The notes under the pieces were generated by a model that was given only the letters and a program-made list of their open reading frames with translations, made no database searches and was not told the origin of the DNA. DNA of 63,930 nt, counting the filler, from Octopus bimaculoides (taxonomy: Eukaryota), in the NCBI RefSeq assembly GCF_001194135.2. It is 3 parts of 3 records of this genome, joined end to end, with 100 filler letters (N's around TTAATTAATTAA, not from the genome) between each part and the next. Parts side by side here need not be neighbours in the genome. Positions count along the whole stretch, not along the records: positions 1 to 27,825 come from NC_068993.1; positions 27,926 to 43,999 come from NC_068996.1; 1 more part is not named here. One strand, given 5' to 3'. Below are positions 14,408-29,832 of this stretch, piece after piece; the first letter of the stretch is position 1; each line of letters opens with the position of its first letter. The position numbers and the translations under genes were made by a program.

Positions 14408-16161
14408 AGAGAGAGAGAGAGCGGGGGTTTACGTTCGTCTCATCGTTTCACTCATAGGTCTGACTTCTCCCAAAGATGTCTGTTGGCCTGAGTGTCTGTC
14501 CGGTTGTCTATCGGTATGTTAGACGTGGGCATTGTGTGTGCTTCATATATATATATGTGTGTGTGTGTTAGATGGTTCTAGTCCTCAGTTACTCCTAGTT
14601 TCTGCTCTTTCTCTCTCTCTCTCGTATATACATATACGTATGTGTATAAATGTGTGTGTGTGTGTAAGTATACGGAAAATAAGTATAGTCTATGGAAAGA
14701 AATGTGTACACACGTCTGTGTATACGAGTTATTTGAGTACATGCATGCGCAAGTATATGTATATAAACGAGTGCATGTGTGTGTGTGTGTGTGTGTGTGT
14801 ACACATAAGGAACATTTTAACCATCCGAGTATTTAAATTATATATAATTAAAGTATGGATATGGTAGGGTGAGGAGAGAATCTTAGATGACTCAGAGGGG
14901 GATAAGGAGGAGGAAGTGAGGGTGAGAGAATGTGAGAGAGGGAGAGTGAGGCTGAGAGTTAGAGAGACAAAGAGAGAGAGATAAAGAAAAGGAAGAAAAA
15001 AGCTAAATAATGGCATACCACGTCGACATTTTCGCACACATGTACTGATACACAAACTCACACACACACACACACACACACACACATTCATTCATGAACA
15101 CGCTTACGTACATACATACATACATACATACATACACACACACACAGAGGTAACACTTGAATTGATGACAGATCACGTGATAAGATCGAAAAAAAGGGAA
15201 AAAAGGAGCGTGGAAAGAGACGAAGAGGAAAAAGAGAATACGTAATTAAAGAAAATTCAACGGTGTGTGTGTGTATACATATGTATGAGTGTGTCTGCGT
15301 TTGTTGACACCGGTTGTAGGTTCGTCCACGTACCCATATTAGCGGTTCGACAAAAAAGACCGATAGAGGAAGTACATGACTTAAAAATATTAGATGGTGG
15401 TGACGGTGGGGTGGAGTCAATTTATTCAACTAAAAATAATACCTCCAACATGTTCGCAGTCCAAAACCCGAAACAAGAAAAATATTAAGATGTCTTACAG
15501 ATCAGGCAAGATCCGAACCCAGGAAACTGAGTCCTCAGGTAGCTATTAGGAAATAATGTTTAAGAATTTAATTATCTTTAGTATGGCCTTGTGGTTATGA
15601 TGATCGTTTCCCAGTCAAGGAACCAATAGCGCAACGCTCTAACGATTCTACGAATTTACTATGTGATATATTGCAAATTTTATGTATGTATATATATAAA
15701 ATAGAATTATTTTCGATAATTCTAATCGATTTTAATCGATTTAAATTTCCTTTCTATTTGAAAATTAGTTATGAAACACGTGTAGTCATTTTATTATCTT
15801 TATCTTATGATATTTACTTTGTATTATATTATACTCATTTATTGTGCTTTTAATTAATATTTTTTCTATATATGACAGTGGATTTTCATTGATGAGTTCA
15901 TNNNNNNNNNNNNNNNNNNNNNNNNNNNNNNNNNNNNNNNNNNNNNNNNNNNNNNNNNNNNNNNNNNNNNNNNNNNNNNNNNNNNNNNNNNNNNNNNNNN
16001 NNNNNNNNNNNNNNNNNNNNNNNNNNNNNNNNNNNNNNNNNNNNNNNNNNNNNNNNNNNNNNNNNNNNNNNNNNNNNNNNNNNNNNNNNNNNNNNNNNNN
16101 NNNNNNNNNNNNNNNNNNNNNNNNNNNNNNNNNNNNNNNNNNNNNNNNNNNNNNNNNNNNN

Positions 16162-16207
<46 letters not shown>

Positions 16208-16299
16208 GAGAGAGAGAAAAAATATGGGGAGATAGAGAAATACATAGATGAATATATAGAAATATAGATAGACAAAGATAAACTGATAAAGAAATAGAG

Positions 16300-16340
<41 letters not shown>

Positions 16341-17927
16341 CAAATATATACAGAGAGAGAGAGAGAGGGGGGGAGAGAGAGGGAAGGAAATGGCGAGATA
16401 GATAAAAAAATTCGATAGATAAACGTATAAATAGGTAGATGATAGATTGCAAAATAGCTTAATTGATAAAAAAGATTAGATAGGTATATACATAGGTAGA
16501 TAAATAGCCAGTCAGCCAGTAGGCCAGCCAGCAGGCCAGCCAGCAGGTCAACCAGACAGACGGATGAATAGATAGATAGACAGACAGGTATGGTTAGATA
16601 GACAGACAGGATAGAAAGACAGATATAGGATCAATGGATAGCTACGCTGGTAGACAGAGAAAAGAGTAGACAGCAAAAATAATAAATAAATAATAAAAGT
16701 GGGAATAGACAGAAAGAGAAAGGAGTGGCAGGAGGAGAAGTGCAAATAAGATTGACACTTCCGGATATGATTAACAAAATAACGACCGCCATTGCCTCCT
16801 AAGAGTGACTTTATATTTGACGTTAAAGTACAGTGACTGGGGGAATTTGGCGACACACGGACACACTGTATTGGTTGTTGTTTAACCCCAGGTCTACTCT
16901 GATTGAGTAGAGCTATGATAGTGCCTAGATATTCCAGAAATGACCATCATGTCTTTTAAAGAGTATCTAAGATTAAACGATCGAATGTCTTGCATTCATT
17001 TAATAAAAACTAACAGTGGACTACAAAAACACAGCACTCAGCAGCAATCAAATTGGACCTGATTAGTACAAGAAAACATGAGAAGTTTCTCAGTATACGA
17101 CGTAATCATTATGGACAAATTGTTGTTTAGTAGATGTTAGAGTTATAGAGTGCGATAGAGAGAGGATGTTTGAACCGATCTTCAGCGTCGGCGTAAATGT
17201 TGTTGATAGTTTTTTGCTGTGTCAGAGCGTAAAGATTTTATTGTATCTGGCGACACTTCCAGTTGATGTTAGAATCGTATGGCTTTTAATTGAAATGCAG
17301 GAAATTTTCTCTAACGAGTCAATCACATATCACAAATAGTAATACATTTGCTGTATCAGTACTGAAAATGTATATCAGGATAATAATCTTGCTGTTAGAC
17401 CGGAGCGTCCGAATGGCAGCCATTTTTTTTTGTACGTCTCGCGTAATAAATATTCTTTGCTCGTTTCAGCTTTGTTCTCAAGAACTTTGTACATTACATT
17501 CTCGCCAATGTTTGAGTATTTATGACCCTCATTGAGTCGATGATAAAGAAAGAAGATAGAGAGACCATTCATGTTATTCCTGTTCCCACGATCAACTATC
17601 AAATATGAACATTTCCTGTGGCCAAAGTCATATCAGCTGACAACTACCTTATCATTTAGATATTCTCAGTGCGAGGCTTTCTTTATGTCTTGACTTTATG
17701 CAAGGACTAACTTATGTATGTGTCTCTGCATATATTTACGTATATAAATTTTTACGCATATATATAACTTATTTACGTACGTATGTATAAATAATTATAT
17801 TTACGTATATATATACATTTACATATATACACATACACACAAACATATATATATTTACATATATATATATATATATATTTACATGTATACATATATTTAT
17901 ATTTGCGTATATATGTATATTCACGCA

Positions 17928-17960
<33 letters not shown>

Positions 17961-18223
17961 TTAAGTATTCTCTTAATATTCAGTATTTTTTCTGCTCTAT
18001 GTAAATGTGTGTGGGTGCGCGCGTACACACGTGTGTATGTGTGTTTATATATATATATATACATATATANNNNNNNNNNNNNNNNNNNNNNNNNNNNNNN
18101 NNNNNNNNNNNNNNNNNNNNNNNNNNNNNNNNNNNNNNNNNNNNNNNNNNNNNNNNNNNNNNNNNNNNNNNNNNNNNNNNNNNNNNNNNNNNNNNNNNNN
18201 NNNNNNNNNNNNNNNNNNNNNNN

Positions 18224-18272
<49 letters not shown>

Positions 18273-19441
18273 GTGTGTGTGTGTGTGTGTATTTGTGCGA
18301 ATCCTAATTGTTTATCAGTATCCTTATCTCTATACTTATGCATATATTTCCGTATGTATACATACATTTATGCATCTATTAACGTATATAACATTCTCGA
18401 GCGGAGGCATCAATTTTAGTCAAACATCTTACCGTGTCGTCTGCTCTTTCAGAAGATTGCTATAAGCTCTCGTTCGATAAATTTATTGACTGTCCTTTCT
18501 ATTTTATTATTCACCAGAATCATATCAGCCACTTTCTTTATCTATCACCTCAGTCAAAGTATTTCACATGTATAGAACTTTGCTTAAGCAAGTACTTCTA
18601 CAGCTAATACCTAATGATATCTCGAGTATAATGCTGTAAACACATCACGTCTCAAAATCACCCAATTTGTGTACATTCTTAGATTGAAGGGCCTACATTT
18701 AATCGTTTTGTTACTGAATTTCTGTTGAAATCTGACTATCTTTGTTCATTTAAAACAATGGCTAACCATTGTTTTAAATTATTTTGAAAATAATTAAGAG
18801 TTTAGTAAAACGACTTTGTCATTATTAACCTGGTCTTCTGAACATACATTAACGTAGAATTTCAATGCAAAGTTTTAATTTAGAACATTTAAAGACAACG
18901 AATGTGTCACAGAAGCAATGTGGTCCGCCTGATGGTAAGCTATGTCTCATGCGGCCCGTTTCTCAAAAAGAGAGTTGCCGATATGTGGACTAAACCCTCT
19001 TCCAAAACGGTATTTACAGAAAACCTAGCCGACCAAAAATTAAAACCAGCAGAAGAATAAAATATATGTATCCGGGTGTGTGTGTGTGTTTGTGCATTTG
19101 CACGTGTTTGTGAGTGCGTGCGTGTTTGTGAATGTATGTGTGTATGTGTGTGTGTGTGTGTGTGTGTGTATTGTATGCATTGTCCTTATGTTATTTTTCC
19201 ACCCACCTGTTGGTCTGTTTGTCAAGGCCTNNNNNNNNNNNNNNNNNNNNNNNNNNNNNNNNNNNNNNNNNNNNNNNNNNNNNNNNNNNNNNNNNNNNNN
19301 NNNNNNNNNNNNNNNNNNNNNNNNNNNNNNNNNNNNNNNNNNATAACATCGTAATGTGGATGTGTAATGTATCTTGGTGCTTCTGATTTATCTCATGTCT
19401 AAATATACGTGTGTCTGTATGCGTGTGTAAAGTTATACGAG

Positions 19442-19484
<43 letters not shown>

Positions 19485-19962
19485 TCATACACGCGTGCAA
19501 ACATGTTTTACACATATATAGGTTTACGTACGCATATATATATATATATATACACACACACAAATATATATGTACAACTGTATGTGTTTATACGTGTATA
19601 GATTTATACGGTGTGTGCTTGTATATCAACAATCAGTCAGGAAATCTAGCTGACATAGAACATGTCTACCCAGCTACATCCACCCCACCCCGCAAAATAC
19701 AACAGCAAGAAGAAAAAAAAATAAGGTAAAAAATAAAGCAAAACTGAGAAAAAAAATAGCACAAAGTAGAGTGTTATGTCAATATTGAACACTGTTTAGA
19801 AAATCAAGTTATGACACCGACATATACACACACAGATATACATACATTCCCATACACAAAATATGCATACATTTACATATACACACACACACACACACAG
19901 TCTTTCATATGTGTGTGTGTGTGTGTGTGTGTGTGCGCTCGTGCATGTGACCATGTGCGCGC

Positions 19963-20010
<48 letters not shown>

Positions 20011-20090
20011 CATATACACCCTATATATGCATTATATATACATATATATAATTCATGTATAAAGTGTATATACTCTCCCCCCCTCATACA

Positions 20091-20141
<51 letters not shown>

Positions 20142-20816
20142 GTGCGCTTTTTGTTTTATATATAGTATTTATACGGATTGATATATGTATACATATATTG
20201 TATGTGTGTGTATGTGTGTGATGTTTGAGTAATTTTCTAAGTACACGTGAAATTAATTGTTATCAATGGACGTTGATAGTTACTTATATAATATACACAC
20301 ATGCATATATACACCTTCACGATCTACATGTATACACACACGATAGCTAAGAATGCATTCTACACTTGAAACCAGACGTGGTTGCTTACATGACACACGC
20401 TCTCTCTCTCTCTCTTACACACACACACAAACACACGATTGCTTGTCATATATGTTTGTGTATAGAGAAACATATACACTCTCTCACGCATACATATGTA
20501 TGTATATATTTACATTTATAACTATCTTGATCACTTTTCAACAGACATATGTATAAACAAGCCTTTGTATGTTGCATGTATATAAACGTTTGTCTGTGAT
20601 ATATGTATGATGTATATATCGGGCGTATACACACATGCGTATATATATACACGCACGACAACATAGACACACATCTGAAAAACCTATAACCATATACATA
20701 CATAAAAATATACATACACCAAAGCACTATGTTTATTATATATCTACACACACACACACACACATATATAAATACACATACATATGTATATATGTGTATA
20801 TATATGTATATATATG

Positions 20817-20881
<65 letters not shown>

Positions 20882-22034
20882 ACATATAAATGTGATTGTA
20901 TGTATATTGATATATGTGTTTTTGTATATATGCGTATATTTGTACATGGGTGCATATACATATGTATATATGAATATTTGTATGCATATGTTTGCATATA
21001 TGTACACACGCACACACGAGTGTGTGTGTGTGTGTGTATATATGATGTTTGTTGATGAATGCATATACATACATATATTCAGTGTTGAATTGTTGTTTCC
21101 TTTATACAATAAATACACCCATCAGATATTTTTTGAAAGCCTCAAGTATATATTATAAACAGTCTATATTTGCTTACAGTGTGTTTAATCAGCGTTTAAG
21201 GTCGAGGCTTTTGGCGCCTGTTATGCTATGAATCCTGTGGTATTCTTAAGATATATTTTATAACCTCTTTCCTTCTAACAACCGATCAGGCGTTTGATTT
21301 TCATTGTGACCTTATTCATATCCAACCAATATATATATATATATATATGTGTTTATTGTATCTATAGATATGTCTTCGTATGAGTTTAAATGTTTTCTTT
21401 ATTCCTCATCGATACTGCTATTAGATATTCTGTGGTATTATCCCTTCGTTCCGGTTTCACGCCATTTTTGTTATGGTTGTAATGTAGTCATGGGCAAACT
21501 GCGTCTCGTGGGACTCTCTGAATGTTTTTAATTGTGCGGCCGGCCTCATGTTGAGCCGGGTCTCATGCAACCCGCTCTTCGGAAAAAAGTTGTCATGGTC
21601 TGGATTAGAGTACTACTTTAAAAAAAAAAAAATCTTTTACTTGTTTCAGCCATTGGACTGCGGCCATGCGGGAGCACCACCTTGAAGGATTTTAGTTCGA
21701 ACAAATCGAGGCCAGTACTTTTTTTTTTTTGCTAAATCTATCTTGTAGTTATTCTATTATTTTCTTTTACCGAACCGCTAAGTTATGGAGACAAACGAAC
21801 TAATACCAGTCAAGCGTAGCGGGCGACTGACATATACATACTCCGCGCACAGGGGTATTCAGTGATCCACACACACACACACACACACAGGGTATTCAGT
21901 GGTCGACAGTTCTCAAGCACCATAATCTGAGGTTTATGGGATTAATTCTGAGGATTAATCTGTTGGCTCCCTTATCAGCACTCTTCTACTTCTAGGTATA
22001 CATACAGCATATATATTCATATATATTTGCGCGC

Positions 22035-22080
<46 letters not shown>

Positions 22081-23545
22081 TCTGTGTGTCAACATTCATG
22101 TAACATCTATTATGTAAGAAAGTTACGAAACAGGTGTAAACGAATGAAATGAACATCTACTCTTTCACCTCATTTCTGTTTTCTCTCTCTGTCACTCTCT
22201 CTCTGTCACTCTCTCTCTGTCACTCTCTCTTTCTCACAATATATATATATCCATAATTCTGTTATTTAATTCTTTTTATTTGTTTCAGTCATTCGACGGC
22301 GGCCATGCTGGAGCACAGCATTCTCCAAGGTGCCACACAGTGGGACTGAACTCAGAACTTCGTAGTGGATCCTCCTCCTCCTACTACCACCACCACCACC
22401 ACCACCACCAACATTGCCACGACCATTACCACCTGTTAACAAATGTCCCTGTAATTCATCCTAACCAGGTATACACACACGCTGAAGATTCACCTCAGTG
22501 CGAAACAATCTCATATAATCACACACACACACACACACATTCATTTACATATACGCCGGAACGCAAATAAACGCCCACACAGCAATTGCCAATGGCTCCT
22601 CCGTCAGCACCACCAGTACTACGTCACAAACCACTATCACCGCCACTACCAATCCCACAAACACTACTACTACTACTACCACCCACATTACTACTACTAC
22701 CACCACCACCACTACCAACATAATCAAGAACTTTATTATAACCGCCATCATTACATGACCACCATCACCAGCATCATTATCACCATCAGCAACAGCCTCA
22801 TCATTAACATCACCCCAACATAATGGCATAATCATCATCATCATCATCAAGGTCATCTCCAAAACCATCATCATCACCACCACCAGTTACTATCACAGCT
22901 ACTACTGTCACTACAACCAACACCCAAACCAAAATCTCTGCCAACACCACCGCCACTACCGCCAAGCATCCCCCCTCGTCCCACCACTAAAACTCCCCCA
23001 CAATCGCTTCTCTAATACCACCACCAAAACCACAACCGCCGCTTCGTTAACCATAATCGTCACCACCACCACCTTCACCACTTTTAACCAGCGCCTCTAT
23101 CACCATAATTACTCGCACCGAGCCCCGCCATCATCGCCGCTGTAACCACCACCACCACCAACGCCGCCGCCAATACTACAAAATCTACAAGGTAGAGTAC
23201 AATATGGTATCCGAGCCAAATCACTTGTAGCTTTTTATTAAAAGCCGACCTTTAAATTAAGTTAGTTGCACCATGAAATTGTTAACACAGTGTTTCCCAT
23301 TACCTCCCTTGGATTCCACCTCCCACCACGTGACCAAGGAAAAGCAGGTTTTTGCCAGCATTAATTCGGCGGATTCTTCTCTCCAACTGCAGAACCGTTC
23401 AAAGGTTAGAACTGACCGCGAGTGCTTATTTACACAACTTCGAACAGAATATCACATATTTTAGTTAATTATTTTATCTTATTATTTATTCATTCTTAAT
23501 ATTTTTTAAATAATTTTTTTTGCATGTTTTATTTCGTCTTTGTCA

Positions 23546-23597
<52 letters not shown>

Positions 23598-23872
23598 TCT
23601 CGCTTATTTCAGAGTTTTGGAAAATAGGAATGGTGTAATAAAGTGAGATGCGATGTGGTGTGGCGAATTGTGGTTATTAGTGGCGTTACTGGCCGAAGGA
23701 TTTTGATGGTTTCAAGGTCCGTTTAGTTCCGGGCATACAAAAAACAAAAACAAAAACGAAAAAAAGAAAAATGTTGAAAAAAATAGATAATTTAGATATT
23801 GCTTGCTAATAATGCTATCTGCATTATTGTGTGTGTGTGTTCACCCTTACACATGAATACACACAGACATAA

Positions 23873-23911
<39 letters not shown>

Positions 23912-24177
23912 TATACATATATATATAATATAGACACTAACAGACACACACACACACATATATAGATACTCACTCACTCACATCCACGCAATATATATAT
24001 ATTTATGACACACTCGCGCGCGCGAACACACAATGCGTATATTCAGATATCTACACACACGTGTGTGTGTGTGTGTGTGTGTGGGCGTGTGTGTACAAGT
24101 GGTTATTGTTTTAATATAGTTTAATCATGTGCCAACATATGTTCATGTCTATTGTACATACAGAGACGCATGTACGA

Positions 24178-24218
<41 letters not shown>

Positions 24219-24228
24219 NNNNNNNNNN

Positions 24229-24272
<44 letters not shown>

Positions 24273-25548
24273 AACATACATACACACATACATTCATACA
24301 TGCATACATACAAATATAGTATAAATGCGCGTGTAAAGTCTTCTAGTGGTTAGGATGTGGAGTTCATAGGCGTTAGGTCGGGAGATCGGTTCTCACGTCT
24401 TGTGGTGCGTTGCATCTTCGAGCAAGGTACCTCATTCTACGTCGCTCATAGAAGGCTGAAAATAGATATCACCAGCAGCGATGGGGTGTGAACCACGTGA
24501 CGGACACCACACAACTATTTTGTCCCTATTCAACAGCGCCATGAAGTAAAGAAAATAATCCCTAAAACATTAATTCGGTCCTTACTTTTTTGGTTTGATG
24601 TGAAAGTTTCCTACGAAATATATTTTGTGCAGTACCAAAGTTGGCTACCTCAAGGTTCAGTCCTTATTGCGATGTTGTGGTTTGCATGTCTCAGTGACTG
24701 AGAACAGTACCAGAGGTGCGCAAACTAGTTGTAGGATCTTCCTTGCTCGATAAATTATATGATAGAGGCCACATTAATATGTGTCATTGCATTCTAACAG
24801 TAAAAATGTGTTTGTGTAGGGCAAGCAGGCCTATATATAAAAAAAATCTAACTTATAGAAGCACCAACGGCAATTCAAAAGTGATAGAGCTCAAAATGTG
24901 TTCACGGAAAAAAAGGGGGGTGGGGTGGCAAAGGTACAGAAATATTGATGATAATTGAAATCCAACAAGACTGGGGAAAGGGCCAAGAATCCTATCTCGA
25001 ATAAACAAAACAAAAGTGTATAACAAAGCAAAAAGAACCAAAGTCACAGCAGCATCGAAGATTATTCAAAAGCAACACGACTTGGAGAGGAAGACAGCCC
25101 AAAGCAGAGAACATTGGTGAAAAGTCTTCGATGATCTCTTTATATTCGATAAGGAGCAAAGGGCTTAAGGAAGTGGGAGCAACGGTTTCTGGACGTGTGC
25201 TTTTTACTTTGCCCTTTATCTTCCACTTGTTTCAGTCATTAAACTGCGGCCGTGCTGGAGCACCACTTTGAAATGCCTAGCAACATTTCGTCCGTTTTCA
25301 TATTCTGAATTCAATTTCTGCCAAAGTCGACTTTGCCTTTCATCCTTTCGAGATCAATAAAATAAATACCAGCTGAACACTGGGGTCGATCTTGCTGGCC
25401 TTGTACCAAAATTTGATACCGTTATGCAAGAAAGATCTGGCGGCGAACTTACAGAATCTTTTGCATGCCGGACATAATGCTTAACTATTCATCCGTTCTT
25501 TACTTTTTTGAGCTCAATTTCCGCAAAGGTCGACTTTGCCCTTCATCG

Positions 25549-25620
25549 TATCGAGGTCGACTTTGCCCTTCATCGTATCGAGGTCGACTTTGCCCTTCAT
25601 CGTATCGAGATCGATAAAAT
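25549..25620 (+). repeat. 27-bp tandem repeat inside a family B core
   Basis: gtcgactttgcccttcatcgtatcgag repeated three times starting at ~25530 (RYDEGQSRP x3 in the ORF track). Confidence 0.85.
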
Positions 25621-26483
25621 AAGTGCCAGTTGAGTACTGGAGTCAATGAAATCGAGATACTCCTTGACCACAACCACATACAAAAAAACAAAAAAAAAAA
25701 AAGAAAGAAAATTCCAGGCTTTGTGTTTATAGTAGAAAGGATTATTAAACAGAAATTATTGGTGTTTTCAGTAAAAAGCACAATTCCACATTCTGGTTGT
25801 CTCTATTTTCAGATCTTTATATTTGGAGAGCTCCATTTCTTTCTAGAAACACAGTACATTCTACATAGATAGAACTGATATAACGATTCGTAGACAATTC
25901 ATACATTTCTACATTTCTTTATTTCCATTCCCAATCATTTTTGACAATAATATCCGGGAGGATTTTGCATTAATCGCCCTGTCTGTGGAAACTGACATGT
26001 CCCAAAGTACGACCACTTTATCATTTTCCGAGATCTTTTCATGTATGTATGTATGTATGTTTTGGCTATCTCGTTTCTGCGGTTATTTCGTAATGTTGGT
26101 AGAATTTCCCTCCGAATGAAAGAACGCACCAATGCTGTGCGCATATTTTTATTCTCTTTAAGCTGGAAATCTATTTGCAGAAATAATTGTAAACCATTCC
26201 AGTTGCACCAAACTATACACACCAAAACGGACATATGTCTTAAATGCCGTAATACCCATAATTCAATATCTAAGTCAAAGCAATCCATTTGCTCTACTCT
26301 ATAATAAAAATAATAATAATAACAATACTACTACTACTACTACTAATAATAATAATTATTATTATTATGGTGTCAATTGTAAACACTGTTGTCGAGAAAA
26401 ATGATGCAAGATTTATTTATAATGTGCTATCAGAAGATGTGTCGGCATGCTAACTAACGTTCTATGAGATCCTTGAAGTGCGT

Positions 26484-26592
<109 letters not shown>

Positions 26593-27746
26593 GCATGTAT
26601 GTGTACATATGTACATGTAGGTCTCTATATGTGTACTTACTCTCATACATGTGTGCGCGCATGTTGAGAAAGTCTCTGGCGTAAATGATTCGATTGTATC
26701 AAAGAGAAAATGCTATTTTAAACGTTCGGATTCTATAAGGAAACTGCAATTCCTCCAGAGAGCTCAGAACATGGGAAATGCTAAAGGATCTTAAGAAATG
26801 TTGCAGAATTAACTTCTCACTTATTGCTGGAACTCATCTGTAGCTGATTGGACTGGAGCAACGCGAAAAGAAGGGTTTTGCTTAAGAACAAAATGTAACA
26901 CCCTGTCCGGGAATTGAAACCACGTTCTTACGACCAGGGGAGCAACACTTTAACAACTAGACCATGCGCCTTTACTTATCTTATACTTTACAACTAACAA
27001 CTAAAAAATGGGACGAAAGATATATTTAGTGATGTAGACATGCAATGTCTGTGGAACAAAAACAAAACAAAAAACAAGCAAAAACAAAACAAAACAAAAC
27101 AAAACAAAAGCAAGCAAAAAATAAATAATCCCGAAATACAAAGTAAGATAAACTGGATGGTCATGCCTGGAATATTTATAATTATAGGTTTGGTTAATTA
27201 TAGGGTCAATTAGGGTTGAACAGGGGACGAAACTACAACTAATGGCCGGTGACTGAGTACAAACATTTAAATATTCCCGCCATTTTGTATTTCAGAGGAG
27301 AATTAATTACCGAAAGTTATCAGCAGTAGTAGTAGTAGTAGTTCCTGCTGATCTTGTTGTTGTTGTACATGTTGCTGCTGTTGTAGTGTTGTCCTAGATC
27401 TAGTCCTGAGCAAACTAGAAGCACAGAAGAATGGCTTTTTAGAAAGCCATTCAACTCTGCCCCATGTATTCTGTTTACTATTTTATTATTATCACTAATA
27501 TGTGCAGCTGAGATTACACACATCCAATGTACCGTTTCATTTTCAAGTCGGCCGAAGTGTGGTTTAGCTGCTATTGCATGGAAGTTATTGACCGCCTTTA
27601 CAAACGCTTGTAAAGGCTTGTAACATGGTGATACACACACACACACACACACACATGTAAATATGTCTATTATATATCATGTAAATATATACATATATAT
27701 AAGTATATCATATATATATTACGTATGTGAATATCTATTATATGTG

Positions 27747-27777
<31 letters not shown>

Positions 27778-27782
27778 GTGTA

Positions 27783-27825
<43 letters not shown>

Positions 27826-28105
27826 NNNNNNNNNNNNNNNNNNNNNNNNNNNNNNNNNNNNNNNNNNNNTTAATTAATTAANNNNNNNNNNNNNNNNNNN
27901 NNNNNNNNNNNNNNNNNNNNNNNNNTCGAAACAACGCCAAAACAACGCCAGATCATATATTCAAAATAAATGGAAGTGGAGAGACAAGTTACTGAAGAGA
28001 TTGCAAGAGTGCAATGAAATAATTTAACAAAAAACTATATAAATTAATAAAGGACTGAACCAGTGCGTGTGTTTATTACCGGCATAATGCCTCTCCCAAG
28101 GTTTA

Positions 28106-28146
<41 letters not shown>

Positions 28147-28925
28147 ATATGTATATATATACATATAAATACACACACGTGTTCGGCATACGCATGTAAA
28201 AATAATGTGTATGTGTGTATGTATGTACATATATAGGCAGTTCAATTGACCATGTATATACGCATGCGAAAACATATCTAACTTACACTTATAAGAACAC
28301 TGTTTTGTAAGAGTAAAAATTTGTCTTATTCTTATGGATCCAAGAACGAAAATAAGAAGAAATGAGATGAGATCGTAAGAACTATATGGTTACAGCTAAT
28401 AGAAGGGTTGCCTGGTTCATGAACACTTCAACCTTTCCACCAGTAACTATAAAAAAATCCGCACTGTTCCCACTCACATATACGTATCACTGTTTTGAAA
28501 TACAGCACATGTAGCTACAGACATTGCTCTCACGCAGAATCTATTATTGCTGTTGCGAGTTTTGTTATTTAAATTTATTAAGTTGGTAGAGGTAGTGGTG
28601 GTGTTGGTTGTACTGATGTTGGCAATGGTGCTGATGGTGATGTAGAGATGTATTGTTAATAATGTCGGTGGTCATATTGTTCTCGCTAATTGTATTGTAG
28701 CTACTGTTAAGTCACAACTCAATTCAGATTGTTTTAATGTCAAAGATATTTCGTGCAATATTTAAAATGCACTAAGGTACCACATTATCAAATCTCATTG
28801 TCTTTTATTCTAGATGGAGTGCTTATTTGTTCATATTATTGTTGTTGCTGTTGTTTAATCAACTGTTGGTGGATTTGTAATGGTTTTATTGTAGTTAGTA
28901 TCTGTGTTTGAGCTGGTGAAAGTAC

Positions 28926-28965
<40 letters not shown>

Positions 28966-29652
28966 ATATATATATATATACATACATATGTACACACACA
29001 TATATACATGCGTATATAAATATATACAGACGCACGCACGCACACACACAATATATGTTTTTTTTTAAAAAAAAGACCGTTTGTCTCGTGACAAGGGTTT
29101 CACATTACTGTTCTCGCCTGAAGATCGCGCAGTGGCTTAAAACTGCGTGACAATCTCTCAGTTTTAGCTTCAATGATAAAAATCTATACATACATGTATG
29201 CATACATACAAACATCCATACACGCACACATACACACACGCACATCTACATATCTATCCATCTATCTATCTGTCTGTCTACCTATATATATTTACATAAA
29301 CGCATGGTCGTAATCATTCTGGTTATTCCAAGCCAACTTATATTGATCTTCATGTACCACATTATCCTTCTATCTTCTTTTTGTTTGTTTTTTATCATAA
29401 GACAGTGAGTTATGATTTGAAGGCAATTTCGCTACTTTTTTAGCATGACAAATAAGTGTAGAAAGAACCTTTCGTGTGCACGAAATTTAAAGATATCTGG
29501 TCGTTGGTTGTGTTGTTGTTACTGTTTAGCTCACATGTTTAACTGAGATGACCTCGGATCACAACCGTTCCAACAGTGGTTATCCAGTCTTTTTATCAAT
29601 ATGTAGTACATTTAAGACTACACCATCAAATGTGCTATTCTCGTCTGAAAAG

Positions 29653-29832
29653 CGTCAGAGTGATATGCAAGCGAAATTAGCCTACCGTTGCTTGCAATCC
29701 GCTCAATCATACAAAGGCTTCTTTACGTATGTTGCGACTGGTGGCGGGGTTCTTCGTCGGTCAGTTTATCGACCAATTGAATTTCAAACAGCGAAATTAC
29801 TTGGGGATTCCACAGAAACGTTCAGTCATAAG
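29653..29832 (+). CDS. Candidate upstream exon RQSDMQAKLAYRCLQSAQSYKGFFTYVATGGGVLRRSVYRPIEFQTAKLLGDSTETFSHK (ATG at 29665)
   Basis: Non-repetitive open frame (ORF 29548-29862) ending at a strong donor AAG|gtatgt; AG at 29651-29652. Its link to the 42452 exon was not resolved. Confidence 0.5.

Noticed and set aside
24880-25140. Possible LINE fragment
   Set aside because: Only a vague resemblance (EHW*KVFDDL); too weak to call.
25530-25620. CRISPR-like appearance of the 27-bp repeats
   Set aside because: No spacers, eukaryotic context, and it lies within a SINE.
27826-27925. TTAATTAATTAA-type island between N runs (also at 44044-44056)
   Set aside because: All-frame-stop scaffolding linker; an assembly artefact.
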